Shown here piece after piece: positions 55,704 through 64,000 of a DNA stretch of 64,000 bases. Position 1 is the stretch's first letter; the number at the start of each line of letters is the position of its first letter. Made by a program: the position numbers and the translations under genes. The DNA comes from Deltaproteobacteria bacterium. Lineage in GTDB: Bacteria > Bdellovibrionota_B > Oligoflexia > Oligoflexales > CAIYRB01. The stretch spans positions 276,466 through 340,465 of the forward strand of contig VGTI01000001.1 in assembly GCA_016874735.1 (NCBI GenBank). Reading direction: 5' to 3'. The notes beneath the pieces are model-generated. The model did no database searches. It had not been told where the DNA came from and saw only the letters and a list, made by a program, of their open reading frames with translations.

Positions 55704-56930
55704 GTGGCGGAATTTTCGAGTCATCGTGGCGCTAAGGGGTCATCGTGGTTAGCGGCTGCGGCGGTGTTAGCCCTCGTCGGTCTATCCCTATCCTTATACT
55801 CTACCTTGCACCATATCGAGGTCCACGCGACGGGGCATACCAACGCGGCCTGCAACATCAGCTCTAAGTTTAGCTGCGACGAAGTCGCACTTAGTGAATA
55901 TAGCGAGATCGCTGGGGTTCCGCTGGGCGTCTGGGGGCTGGGTTATTTTGCGGCTCTGCTCGTGCTCCTGGCTGCTGGCCGCTCGGCGATCAAGACGGCC
56001 AAGGACCACCTCCTGGCCTACGCCGTCCTAGTGGCGGTCGGAGTAGTCACTTCCCTAGCACTCGGCGCTATTGCCGTCGGGAAGCTTAATGCCTACTGCG
56101 TTATATGCTTCGGCATCTATGGTGTGACATTACTGCAGGCGTGGAATCTCGTCAGGGCTCGCAAGCAGATTGCCCCCCGCCAGACGGGATCTCAGGCCGA
56201 ATCACTTACTTTTAAGGGCCTGATCAATGGCCTCTCCACGGCAGCTATCGCTGTGGCCCTGGCGGTCGGGCTGTTTAATCTTTTAAAACCCACGCGCCTT
56301 CCAGAGAAACTGGACCTGCCGCAAACGGCCCTGGCACCAAAGGCAGCGGCACCAACACCTAAGGTGAACGACATCCCGCTTAGCAAATCAGCCTACGCGG
56401 GGCTCGGCGAAGACTTCCGCAAGGGCGGCGACGCGGCCAAGGTAGTGGTGGTCGAGTTTGCCGACTACCAGTGTCCAGCCTGCGGCTTACTTGCACGCAA
56501 CGTTAAGCAGCTGCACGAGGAGTTTGGCGACAAAGTACTATTTGTCTTCCGCAACTATCCGCTCGATAACTCCTGCAACAGTTCGATCCCAAGTCGGATG
56601 CATGAATACTCGTGTAAGGCAGCAGTCCTAGCACGGTGTGCTGGAGCCTACGGCAAGTTTTGGCAGTATCACGATCGCCTCTTTGAGAATCAGCAGGCTA
56701 TCGACGACGCCAAGCTCAAAGAATGGGCGCAGGCTTTGGGGCTGAGCGCGGACCAGATCCAAACCTGTCTAAACAGCAAGGACGTCATGGCCAAAATTAA
56801 AGACGATATAGATATCGGCAACAGACTTGGCATCGATTCGACGCCGACCGTATTCATAAACGGTGTGCGGCAAGTGAATGGGAACGGCCTGGATGAGCTC
56901 CGCGGCCAAATTAATAATCAGCTAAACTGA
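55704..56930 (+). CDS. VKOR (vitamin K epoxide reductase)-thioredoxin/DsbA fusion protein
   Basis: GTG start with GAGAGGAG upstream. VKOR loop Cys pair (ACNISSKFSC) and membrane CVIC active site. C-terminal thioredoxin domain with CPAC (EFADYQCPACG). Confidence 0.85.
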   Translation: MAEFSSHRGAKGSSWLAAAAVLALVGLSLSLYSTLHHIEVHATGHTNAACNISSKFSCDEVALSEYSEIAGVPLGVWGLGYFAALLVLLAAGRSAIKTAKDHLLAYAVLVAVGVVTSLALGAIAVGKLNAYCVICFGIYGVTLLQAWNLVRARKQIAPRQTGSQAESLTFKGLINGLSTAAIAVALAVGLFNLLKPTRLPEKLDLPQTALAPKAAAPTPKVNDIPLSKSAYAGLGEDFRKGGDAAKVVVVEFADYQCPACGLLARNVKQLHEEFGDKVLFVFRNYPLDNSCNSSIPSRMHEYSCKAAVLARCAGAYGKFWQYHDRLFENQQAIDDAKLKEWAQALGLSADQIQTCLNSKDVMAKIKDDIDIGNRLGIDSTPTVFINGVRQVNGNGLDELRGQINNQLN

Positions 56931-56964
56931 TAGCAGTTTGAAGAGTTAGGGTTTGCCATTGCAG

Positions 56965-57723
56965 ATGGAATTTGAACACGATTATCAGCAAAAAGTGATG
57001 ACTCAGCGTTTTGTCTCCCCGACAACGCTCGATAGCGCCGCGGCCGTCCAGTCTTGGCGCTCGCAGTGGATGAAGGAGCTGAGCTCGTGGCATTCGCCTT
57101 ACAAAGTCCTGGTGGATTGTCGGGAGCTCGCCATTGGTCCGCAGCCGGAGGTGGTGAAGGCGCTTGATCTCATGATCAAGTTTTTCAACGGATTCTTTCT
57201 CCGCAAAGTGGTGGGCTTTGGTTACCGTGCTGACGCTGGGTTGGAGCAGCTGCCGTTTCCGGTGCTCATAACCGCTGAAGATGCTGCTGTTGAGCTTGGG
57301 ATTCGTGCACCTAAAGATCGCGTCGCTACGGATTTTCGCTCGACGATTCAGCTGCAGAATCACTTTCAGCAGCACAGTATCGAGTTAAGTTTCTCGGAGC
57401 CGGTCTTGATCAGCACCAAGGAGCAGGTTCAGACGCTGCGATCCAAGCTCATGAACAACCTGATGCAGTGGCACTCCAAATGGAGCCTCATCATTGACTG
57501 CGCCAACTTAGAAGTGGCACCAGAGGTAACGGCCGACATCGAGCGGTTGATGACGGTGCTGCGTGGATTCTTCATGAAGCAGGCGGTCGGCTATAGCCCC
57601 AAGGGAGCTAAGGAGTCGTACCCCTTCCCTGTATTCCGCGCGCGGCACCGAGCCGTGGCCGAGATTGAGGGCGAGGGTAACTTCTCCGGTGACGATGCAA
57701 ACTGCCGGTCGCGGAAGCCCTAG
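56965..57723 (+). CDS. hypothetical protein made of two tandem ~120-aa homologous domains
   Basis: RSQWMKELSSWHSPYKVLVDCRELAIGPQPEVV..FFNGFFLRKVVGFG..LPFPV parallels RSKLMNNLMQWHSKWSLIIDCANLEVAPEVT..VLRGFFMKQAVGYS..YPFPV. Confidence 0.6.
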   Translation: MEFEHDYQQKVMTQRFVSPTTLDSAAAVQSWRSQWMKELSSWHSPYKVLVDCRELAIGPQPEVVKALDLMIKFFNGFFLRKVVGFGYRADAGLEQLPFPVLITAEDAAVELGIRAPKDRVATDFRSTIQLQNHFQQHSIELSFSEPVLISTKEQVQTLRSKLMNNLMQWHSKWSLIIDCANLEVAPEVTADIERLMTVLRGFFMKQAVGYSPKGAKESYPFPVFRARHRAVAEIEGEGNFSGDDANCRSRKP

Positions 57724-57990
57724 TTTATTTATAACCCATTACATTTACTGGACATTCATAGCAGCATGGGGGGCGTCCGCCGCCCCGCTAGGAGCGTTTG
57801 GGTAACTCATGGTAGGCTACTAGGGTCGCTCAGACATGTGACGGCTGTCGCGTTTAAGCCGGACGGAATCTAAGTGTGGTTGGCTTAAACACTGGCCATT
57901 GTTCATTTAGGTCTGTATAAATTTGTCTGAATCCAGAGCTGTGGGCTTTGGTATTACGGAACGAGCTAATTTTGGTTGAGGTGAGGGCGC

Positions 57991-58641
57991 GTGTTACCTG
58001 TTGAGATTCTGCCGGTTCAAGAATCAATCGTACTCAGAGCTCGCGGCTCAGAGTTGCTTATCCTGCCGCATCACGTTCAGAAGCTAAAAGGCTTGGCAAA
58101 GGCGCGTGATTTTAGCCAGTACTTCCGTGGCGAGGCGCTAGTCAACAGGCCCGCGCGTAAACTGTTCGAGGCTTGGTTGCGTAAGGACCACACTCTTTGG
58201 CCGCGTCTCTACCAAGTTGTTCATAAAGAGATGACCGCTACATCTGATGCTGCGACAGCAGATCATGAGGATGCGCCCAAGGCTGCAGCTAAGGCCCCAG
58301 AGGCAGCTGAAGCCAAGGCGGCTGCGCCCAAAGCGGCGAAAAAAGACAAGGCTGCGGAAGATAAAGTCGCAACGGACAAGCCAGCCGCCGAGAAGCCTGT
58401 GAAGGCTAAGGCTGCAGCAGGCAAGGCTGACAAGGCTGAGGCTGCACCGGCTAAAGAGAAAAAGGTTGCCGGCGTCAGTAAAGTAGCCGTCGTTAAAGAG
58501 AAGAAGACAGCTGACAAAGCAGATAAGGCCGAAAAACCAGCTCCCGCTAAGGCTAAAGCCAAAGCGACGGATAAAGAGGCACCAAAGGCGACCAAGGCCG
58601 CTCCTAAGGCTAAGGTGGCTAGCGCAAAGGCGAAAGGGTAG
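57991..58641 (+). CDS. protein with ~85-aa N-terminal domain and histone-H1-like Lys/Ala/Pro-rich tail
   Basis: GTG start with GAGGTGAGGG upstream. The tail of about 130 aa consists of AKAAxK/KAEK-type repeats (PKAAAKAPEAAEAKAAAPKAAKKDKAAEDK...). Confidence 0.6.
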   Translation: MLPVEILPVQESIVLRARGSELLILPHHVQKLKGLAKARDFSQYFRGEALVNRPARKLFEAWLRKDHTLWPRLYQVVHKEMTATSDAATADHEDAPKAAAKAPEAAEAKAAAPKAAKKDKAAEDKVATDKPAAEKPVKAKAAAGKADKAEAAPAKEKKVAGVSKVAVVKEKKTADKADKAEKPAPAKAKAKATDKEAPKATKAAPKAKVASAKAKG

Positions 58642-58687
58642 GCGTCTGATCCACAAGTTTCTGATCAGCGGCAAAAACGTACTGTGT

Positions 58688-58942
58688 ATGGTGTCGCGGC
58701 GACCAGAGCAAGTGGGTCCGCGGGACGATGCCAAAGTGTACGAACTTGTGATGCCGATCGATGCTTATTGGGCGGCTGAGAAGCAGATCAAGGATCTGGA
58801 TTATAAGCGCTCAAGTTTTGAGGATCAGTCGAGCATCATGCAGGCGCAGCGAGAGGTTCTCATGTCTCTCGTTAACTTCATCGTCGCTGAGAAAGATCGA
58901 CTCCAGGTGAAGGCGGCCCTCAATGGCCCAGCAGGTAAATGA
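58688..58942 (+). CDS. hypothetical small protein (uncertain)
   Basis: 84-aa ORF with no clear SD. Overlaps the gmhB start by 20 nt. Confidence 0.3.
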   Translation: MVSRRPEQVGPRDDAKVYELVMPIDAYWAAEKQIKDLDYKRSSFEDQSSIMQAQREVLMSLVNFIVAEKDRLQVKAALNGPAGK

Positions 58943-59480
58943 CGTAGTCCGTGCGGTCTTTTTGGACCGCGACGGCGTCCTGAATCGCGACAAGGGCTAT
59001 GTCTACCGTGAGAGCGAGCTTGAGCTGCTGAGCGGCGTTGCCCCTGCGCTGAGGCGTCTTAAGGATCTTGGCTTTTTGCTGATCGTGGTGACGAACCAGT
59101 CTGGAGTCGCTAGAGGTCTCTACGGCACGGCAGATGTCGAGCGTTTTCACGACGCCCTCAGCCGCGCCATTGCGGCAGCGGGAGGCCCACGCATTGATGA
59201 CTATTTGTACTGCCCCCATCATGAAAACGGCACGGTGGCGGCCTATGCGATCGTTTGTGATTGCCGCAAACCTAAGCCGGGTATGCTCCTGACTGCGGCA
59301 AAAAAGCACGGCATTGAACTCACGCGCAGCTTCATGATTGGTGACAAGGCCGACGATATCGAGGCCGGACGCCGCTGCGGGGTGACGGGCATTCAGGTCG
59401 GCACTGCCTACGGTCCAGGCCATCCGGACGCTATGGCTGTCGTGAACTCTCTAGAAGATGCCTTGGGCTTTATCCACTGA
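58923..59480 (+). CDS. gmhB: D-glycero-D-manno-heptose 1,7-bisphosphate phosphatase (HAD-IIIA)
   Basis: FLDRDGVLN, VVTNQSGVARG, Zn-site CPHH...CDCRKPKPGM, MIGDKADDIEAG. Confidence 0.85.
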   Translation: MAQQVNDVVRAVFLDRDGVLNRDKGYVYRESELELLSGVAPALRRLKDLGFLLIVVTNQSGVARGLYGTADVERFHDALSRAIAAAGGPRIDDYLYCPHHENGTVAAYAIVCDCRKPKPGMLLTAAKKHGIELTRSFMIGDKADDIEAGRRCGVTGIQVGTAYGPGHPDAMAVVNSLEDALGFIH

Positions 59481-59519
59481 GGCCATGGTCACACGGGAGC
59501 AGGACCACCGGCATCGGAC

Positions 59520-59762
59520 TTAGGTACCCTTGGCCTCCTGCATCTTTTTCAGAAGGAGCTTGATACGAGGTCCACAGCGCTCGCCCTGGCAACCACCGCT
59601 ACCAGTACCGACCTTACGGTTAACGTCGGCCACGGTTTCGCATCCCTCCATACCCTTTAGGACGCGCCCTAGATTGATGCCCTTACAGATGCAGACCACT
59701 TTAGCCATCTGCCTGATACGCTCTTCGGTCTTAGGATCTAAGGTCTTATCGTCATCTGCCAT
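59520..59762 (-). CDS. BFD-like [2Fe-2S]-binding domain protein
   Basis: VCICKGINLGRVL...GTGSGGCQGERC Cys pattern. ATG 59762 is preferred, because the ORF-track start would overlap the upstream CPBP gene. Confidence 0.65.
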   Translation of the reverse strand: MADDDKTLDPKTEERIRQMAKVVCICKGINLGRVLKGMEGCETVADVNRKVGTGSGGCQGERCGPRIKLLLKKMQEAKGT

Positions 59763-59775
59763 AAGGTGAACGCTC

Positions 59776-60435
59776 TCATTTAAGATAAAGGGGGCCGAGC
59801 CATGCGAGCCACTGCGGACTGAGTATTCCAAATATCATGACAGTAGCATTACAAGCAGCATGGAAGGCGATCGCTGGTAATAGCGAGTGGCTGAAGTAGA
59901 CCAACGCCTCGCAGCAAAGCGCGAGCAAAAAGGCGCCTAGAGCGAATCCTACGTTACCTGACATTAGCCGCTCCAGAGTCGGTGCACCGTGCACCATGGT
60001 GAAAATCACAGCACTAAACCATGCCGACCAAAGAGGTGATAGCTTGGCCTTAAACATCTGACTGACGCCGCCACGGAACACTAATTCCTCGATCACCGGG
60101 ATCCAAAGTATGGAACCTGCAAAGGACCAAATCTCTGCCGTGCTTAGTGCGACCGCCTGATCGCGGCCAGTCAATTTGGCGAGTGCCATGCTGCCAACCA
60201 CAACGGCCAAGGCTGGTACGTAGGCGATCCTCGTTCCGGCACTTAAGAGGCCTCGCGTGTTGAGCCTTAGCAACGTCAAGGCTGCCAGCGCCAAGGCAGA
60301 GTTAACCGCGGCTGCAGCCAGCCAGTCGGGTGCCACAATGGTCGCAGCATAATGGTAAATCTCACCAAGTGAGGTGGCTACCGCTACACTGATCAAGGTG
60401 GCCGCTAGAGCCTGAACTGGTGAGAGTCGGATCAC
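59776..60435 (-). CDS. CPBP (CAAX) family intramembrane metalloprotease
   Basis: Motifs EELVFRGG, FTMVHG and FHAACN in a multi-TM protein. Confidence 0.75.
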   Translation of the reverse strand: MIRLSPVQALAATLISVAVATSLGEIYHYAATIVAPDWLAAAAVNSALALAALTLLRLNTRGLLSAGTRIAYVPALAVVVGSMALAKLTGRDQAVALSTAEIWSFAGSILWIPVIEELVFRGGVSQMFKAKLSPLWSAWFSAVIFTMVHGAPTLERLMSGNVGFALGAFLLALCCEALVYFSHSLLPAIAFHAACNATVMIFGILSPQWLAWLGPLYLK

Positions 60436-60445
60436 ACGAAATCTC

Positions 60446-61417
60446 TCAGGCCGACGCGGCCTCGTCTTTTTGTTCCGTCAATGAGTGGAGCAGTTTCATC
60501 AGACTCGGCAAGTCATTTTTATTCACGTAAGCATTAGCGCCTGAGGCCATGCCGGCCGCTTGCTTGCTCCGGTTCATGAGAGACGTATGTAAAATAACAG
60601 GAAGTTTGAGTAGATCAGGATGGCGCCGGATCATTTGCGTTAACGCTATACCGTCGACCTGAGGCATCTCAATGTCTGTAACGACGGCGTCAAATGGCAG
60701 AATTTTAGGCTGCTCGCCGCGTGCTTTTTCCAGGATACGCAGGGCCTGCTGTCCGTCACTGGCCTCGACGACGCTATAGCCCTCGCGCGTCATGGCAATA
60801 CGGAGGCTACTGCGGATGAACGGCGAGTCGTCGACCAAGAGCACGCGGGCTTTCACGCGGCCAGGTGTGGGGGTATCGTTAAGACGACCGTCCATTGGTA
60901 ACGTACCTGGAGCGTTCAGCGTCGGTCCCTCCAAGGCAGCGATAATGCCGTCGAGGTCCAAGATAAATAGAAACTGATGATCATCGGTCAGAGTCATGGC
61001 GATGATGAAACTGCCAGCATCGGCTGAAGGTGGCAGCACCTTATCCCACGGAACACGCCGAATCCGATGGGCGCTATCGACGATAAATCCAGCGCGCTTG
61101 TGGCTAAACTCAGTCACGATAATTTGTTGATCGGGGCGCGCATCGCCAGGTTCGTCGCCCAAAGCTAGGCTCAAATTCACGGCGGGGATTGGGACACCGC
61201 GGAGTTCAAAGACTCCAGCGATGCCTCGCACACGAGACACCAACGGGTTTACCTGCGGCATCCGCACCACCTCGCGGACTTTACCGACGCTCACTCCATA
61301 GAGGCCAGACACTTCTTGTCCATGGATGCGGCGCGTCAAAGTGAACTCGATCAACTCGAAGGAGTTGCCACCGAGCTCTGTTTGCAGCTTTTGCAGGTCA
61401 CCGCCCATGCAAGTCAC
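60446..61417 (-). CDS. cheV: CheV-type chemotaxis coupling protein (CheW domain + receiver)
   Basis: The N-terminal CheW-like domain (FELIEFTL....GVSVGKVREV...GVFELRGVPIPAVNL) is followed by a REC domain (VLLVDDS, VVTDIEMPQVDG). The start could be GTG 61417 or ATG 61408. Confidence 0.8.
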   Translation of the reverse strand: MTCMGGDLQKLQTELGGNSFELIEFTLTRRIHGQEVSGLYGVSVGKVREVVRMPQVNPLVSRVRGIAGVFELRGVPIPAVNLSLALGDEPGDARPDQQIIVTEFSHKRAGFIVDSAHRIRRVPWDKVLPPSADAGSFIIAMTLTDDHQFLFILDLDGIIAALEGPTLNAPGTLPMDGRLNDTPTPGRVKARVLLVDDSPFIRSSLRIAMTREGYSVVEASDGQQALRILEKARGEQPKILPFDAVVTDIEMPQVDGIALTQMIRRHPDLLKLPVILHTSLMNRSKQAAGMASGANAYVNKNDLPSLMKLLHSLTEQKDEAASA

Positions 61418-61423
61418 TCGATG

Positions 61424-62182
61424 TTAGAGGGTTGAGGATCCTTTGAGAAGTTCTTCCAGGCTGCGCTTTTGGCTGTCGGATAGTCGACTGAAGCGAAAGC
61501 CAATTTTGGTCGACTTCTTATCGACCCAAGCAATGACGCCTTTGATTTTTGAATCGCTACCGTCGTCTTCGCTTGGTGGTTTACGCACGACCTTTTTACC
61601 AACTTGCCCTGGTGTGGGTAGCTGAACGGCGATGGTTAATTCCTCGCCATTTTTGAACTTCATCGGTCCATCCAGTTCGACGCAAGCGCCTCCGAGGCTG
61701 ATGTTTACTATGCGACCGGTGACCTTCGGGGCGCGCTTGCCACGCCCGGCACCTTTGCCGACGAGGAGCGTATCCAAGGACGTTTCAAAGCGCTTGCCCA
61801 GCCGGTGTTTGTCGGTCAGGAAGCGGTCGATTTTATCGCTCAGGACGTCAAATTTGATGGGCTTAGAAATCCAGGCGCCAGCATCGTTAAAGGCAAAAAG
61901 ATCGTTCTTCACAGCATCATCAACGTTAGCATCGGGGTAAGCCGTCAACAGGATCGGACCATGATAAGTTTTACGCATTGCGTGAATGAGAGCGATGCCA
62001 TCGGCGTCAGGTAAGTCAAAGTCGACGACGCACATATCAGGAGTTTCCTTGGCCAAAATCTCCAGGCACTGTTTGCCAGTGACTGCGACGATGATGATCG
62101 AACCCGGGATTTTGTCTTTAAATACCTCAGAGCTCATAACTAAACTTGGTTTACATGCGTCAGCAATCAAGATTGTGGTCAT
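61424..62182 (-). CDS. receiver (REC)-PilZ fusion protein
   Basis: ATG 62182 has GAGGA 7 nt upstream. REC domain: TILIADA, VVDFDLPDADG, LLTAY, SKP. C-terminal PilZ-like domain: GRGKRAPK...GRIVNISLGGACVEL. Confidence 0.7.
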   Translation of the reverse strand: MTTILIADACKPSLVMSSEVFKDKIPGSIIIVAVTGKQCLEILAKETPDMCVVDFDLPDADGIALIHAMRKTYHGPILLTAYPDANVDDAVKNDLFAFNDAGAWISKPIKFDVLSDKIDRFLTDKHRLGKRFETSLDTLLVGKGAGRGKRAPKVTGRIVNISLGGACVELDGPMKFKNGEELTIAVQLPTPGQVGKKVVRKPPSEDDGSDSKIKGVIAWVDKKSTKIGFRFSRLSDSQKRSLEELLKGSSTL

Positions 62183-62380
62183 GACCTGATCCTCAAATGT
62201 GGGGCTTAAGAGGTTTTTAGATGGCGAAAGTGGCGGGGGCAAATGGAACGCTGGGATAACTCTTAGGATAGCTCTTACGTTGATTATACCCCTGCTAAAG
62301 ATTGGCGCCAAGTTGCCGAAACGGATGATGTAAGCATTCGTTTTAGAGGCTACTAATCGAGACAACCCACTGAGGGGTCG

Positions 62381-63550
62381 ATGAAGATCCAAGGCAATTG
62401 CAACTTAGCCAAACTATTCGGCCTCGGCCTGGTGGCCGTGTTGCATGCGCCCGTTAGCACCGGTGCAAGTCATTATACGATCAGTAAATATGGTTACCTT
62501 TTTGACGTCCGTGACATCAAAACAACGCTCGATATTCCGGTCCGCGATCATGTGGAAACAGTGGCGATGCCTGCCGCCATTATGCAAGAGCGCCTAGAAA
62601 AAGCGGCGTCGGATACGACCGTCGAGCCCCTAACAATAGTGATCTGGAATAAGCCGCAGCAGATTGCCGCAATGGCAGCCAAGTTAGCTAAATCAGGCAG
62701 GAAGAACGCGCTCAAGGTTTATTTCACAAAAAAACTGGAAGCCTCACCAGCGGCCAAACTGAATACTGACGCCAACACTAACGGCAACGATGCAGCATCT
62801 GCCAAGACCATCACGCTCGATAAAGCTGGTTACGATCTCATCGATTCAAGTAAACTAGGTGCAATTTACGCCAAGCCCCAGCACAACCTCGAGATTCAGG
62901 GGGACGGTTTTAGGAGTAATCCAAAACTAACCAAAAATTTCATACGCGAGCTCGTGCCGTTTTTCGACAAGGCAGCACGGACCGACCTACGGACCAGGCT
63001 ACAAAAGGGTGAAAACCTTGAGGTCAACGTCGACCTCCTACCCGAGTTTGCCAAGTCCATGCTGAAAAAATACATCATCTTCCGCGGCCCCAACTGTTTC
63101 CACGCGGCTTTGGCTTTCCAGAGTGTGCTGCTGCCTAGTTCATCTTTCAGAAATGTGAAGGAGGAGCCTGGCTATCATCGCGCCATGATTAACTACGACG
63201 AGCTGTGGCGCACCATAGCGTCCGAGTTTTACGAGATTGATCCTAGCCGCCAGCAGCTTAAGTACGGCGATATGCTCGTCTTTTTCGATGTCCCGGAGCG
63301 TCAGGCGGATCAGGCATCGACGGAGATCGATTTTCATTGGATACGCCATACGGCGACTCACTTATTCAACGGCTTCACCTTTTCCAAGGGCTCCAAGTCA
63401 CCTAACACACCCTACACGGTGAGAACGCTCAACGAGGAGTGGGATACCTGGAAAAAATTCACTAAGAACCTAGGGTTAAGAGTGTTTCGACGATCTTTAA
63501 CCAAAGTGAACGAAAAGCCTCCCGTCGATTTAGTCGACTGGGTCTATTAG
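62381..63550 (+). CDS. secreted protein with C-terminal NlpC/P60-like (papain-fold) Cys/His signature
   Basis: Signal peptide LFGLGLVAVLHAPVSTGA. GPNCFHAALAF (candidate Cys), KYGDMLVFFD, IRHTATHLFNGFTFSKGS (candidate His), in the NlpC/P60 order. Confidence 0.45.
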   Translation: MKIQGNCNLAKLFGLGLVAVLHAPVSTGASHYTISKYGYLFDVRDIKTTLDIPVRDHVETVAMPAAIMQERLEKAASDTTVEPLTIVIWNKPQQIAAMAAKLAKSGRKNALKVYFTKKLEASPAAKLNTDANTNGNDAASAKTITLDKAGYDLIDSSKLGAIYAKPQHNLEIQGDGFRSNPKLTKNFIRELVPFFDKAARTDLRTRLQKGENLEVNVDLLPEFAKSMLKKYIIFRGPNCFHAALAFQSVLLPSSSFRNVKEEPGYHRAMINYDELWRTIASEFYEIDPSRQQLKYGDMLVFFDVPERQADQASTEIDFHWIRHTATHLFNGFTFSKGSKSPNTPYTVRTLNEEWDTWKKFTKNLGLRVFRRSLTKVNEKPPVDLVDWVY

Positions 63551-63665
63551 GGCGGGCCAAGTGACTACCCAACGGCGCAAAATGCCAGTGACAATGGAGC
63601 GGCGACTATGTTAGCTAGGCTCGCTGCTCTTGACTAAAGGATTCACCCCCAACAGGATTTGCCCT

Positions 63666-64000
63666 ATGACCCGGCAAGGATTCCGAAAATCCCGGCAGGC
63701 GCCGTTGCCACGTAACATCTATCGTCGCACGCCGCTTACCAATCGTGGTGGGGCCAGCCGCTTTGGACCGCGCCCGGTCGAGCCTAGCTGTGGGCTTAAA
63801 TCCCAATGCGGGGCCTGTAAATTTGTGAACGGTGACTACACCGAGGGGCTTGAGACTAAGTTTAAGGCTGGCGTCGAAGTGCTGCGCGGAGCGGGATTAC
63901 TCGACAAATGTCGCGTCCTGCCACCCGTGCCATCTCCTCACCCGTTGGCGTACCGCAGCTTGGCTAAATTAGCAGTGAGACCAGCGCGCCCAGGTGCGCC
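63666..64000 (+). CDS. RumA/RlmD-family RNA (uracil-5)-methyltransferase, 3'-partial at window edge
   Basis: My own read from ATG 63666 stays open to nt 64000: MTRQGFRKSRQ...CGLKSQCGACKF (C-x5-C-x2-C iron-sulfur motif)...YRSLAKLAVR. Confidence 0.55.
   Translation, partial: MTRQGFRKSRQAPLPRNIYRRTPLTNRGGASRFGPRPVEPSCGLKSQCGACKFVNGDYTEGLETKFKAGVEVLRGAGLLDKCRVLPPVPSPHPLAYRSLAKLAVRPARPGA

Noticed and set aside
58138-58734. Long minus-strand ORFs (198 aa, and 110 aa at 58263..58595) opposite the Lys/Ala-rich gene
   Set aside because: They are mirror-image low-complexity translations of the GCN/AAG repeat region. They have no start context and lie entirely antisense to a better-supported gene.
62302-62317. 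Sigma-54-like sequence TTGGCGCCAAGTTGCC upstream of 62381 (and CTGGCACAGCTCAGC at 12016..12030)
   Set aside because: The GG-to-GC spacing is one base short of the canonical distance in both cases, and sigma-54 tolerates this poorly.

Overview
This is a densely coding 64-kb chromosomal segment of a Gram-negative bacterium with about 55 protein genes and one tRNA. I saw no rRNA, CRISPR array, transposase, integrase or reverse transcriptase. All family calls come from reading motifs in the supplied translations, because no BLAST, HMM or folding could be run. The gene content (sigma-54 enhancer-binding regulator, RRM-type RNA-binding proteins, DUF1554-like secreted protein, CheV, TonB/TBDR, VKOR-thioredoxin fusion) hints at a Bdellovibrionota/Oligoflexia- or Myxococcota-like lineage, which is inference only.

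Gene order, left to right:
- 0-6 kb: hypothetical protein open to the window edge, DUF1554-like secreted protein, NtrC-type response regulator plus sensor kinase, small secreted protein.
- 6-13 kb: a desaturase remnant and an intact desaturase, SorAB-like sulfite dehydrogenase, an M48-like protein lacking HExxH, GlpG rhomboid, HIT protein, RRM protein, DsbA-like oxidoreductase.
- 13-30 kb: FAD protein, tgt, ABC-F ATPase, tandem DUF5679 protein, GapN-like dehydrogenase, HrpB, S11 PBP, YkgJ-like protein, Lon, HelD-like helicase.
- 30-50 kb: TonB, TBDR, lipoprotein, AI-2E transporter, RadD-like helicase, FkbM methyltransferase, SWIM-SNF2 helicase, Opp/Dpp-type peptide ABC operon, hydrolase, acyltransferase.
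- 50.3-55.6 kb: a visibly AT-richer interval ending at tRNA-Ala(GGC).
- 55.7-64 kb: VKOR-DsbA fusion, tandem-domain protein, H1-like Lys/Ala-rich protein, GmhB, BFD-like protein, CPBP protease, CheV, REC-PilZ protein, NlpC/P60-like secreted protein, partial RumA/RlmD-like methyltransferase.

Most of the window is ordinary housekeeping. My best candidate for something undescribed is the 50.3-55.6 kb interval. It holds two divergent paralogs of an unrecognised Cys-rich lipoprotein family, each preceded by a long ORF-free leader with a correctly spaced sigma-54-type -24/-12 element. Between them lie a decayed AbiEii-type nucleotidyltransferase (single in-frame TAA) and a second RRM/Gly-rich RNA-binding protein. 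A third sigma-54-type promoter with upstream palindromes sits directly after the two-component system, in front of a small secreted protein. I found no complete, recognisable defence or mobile system.
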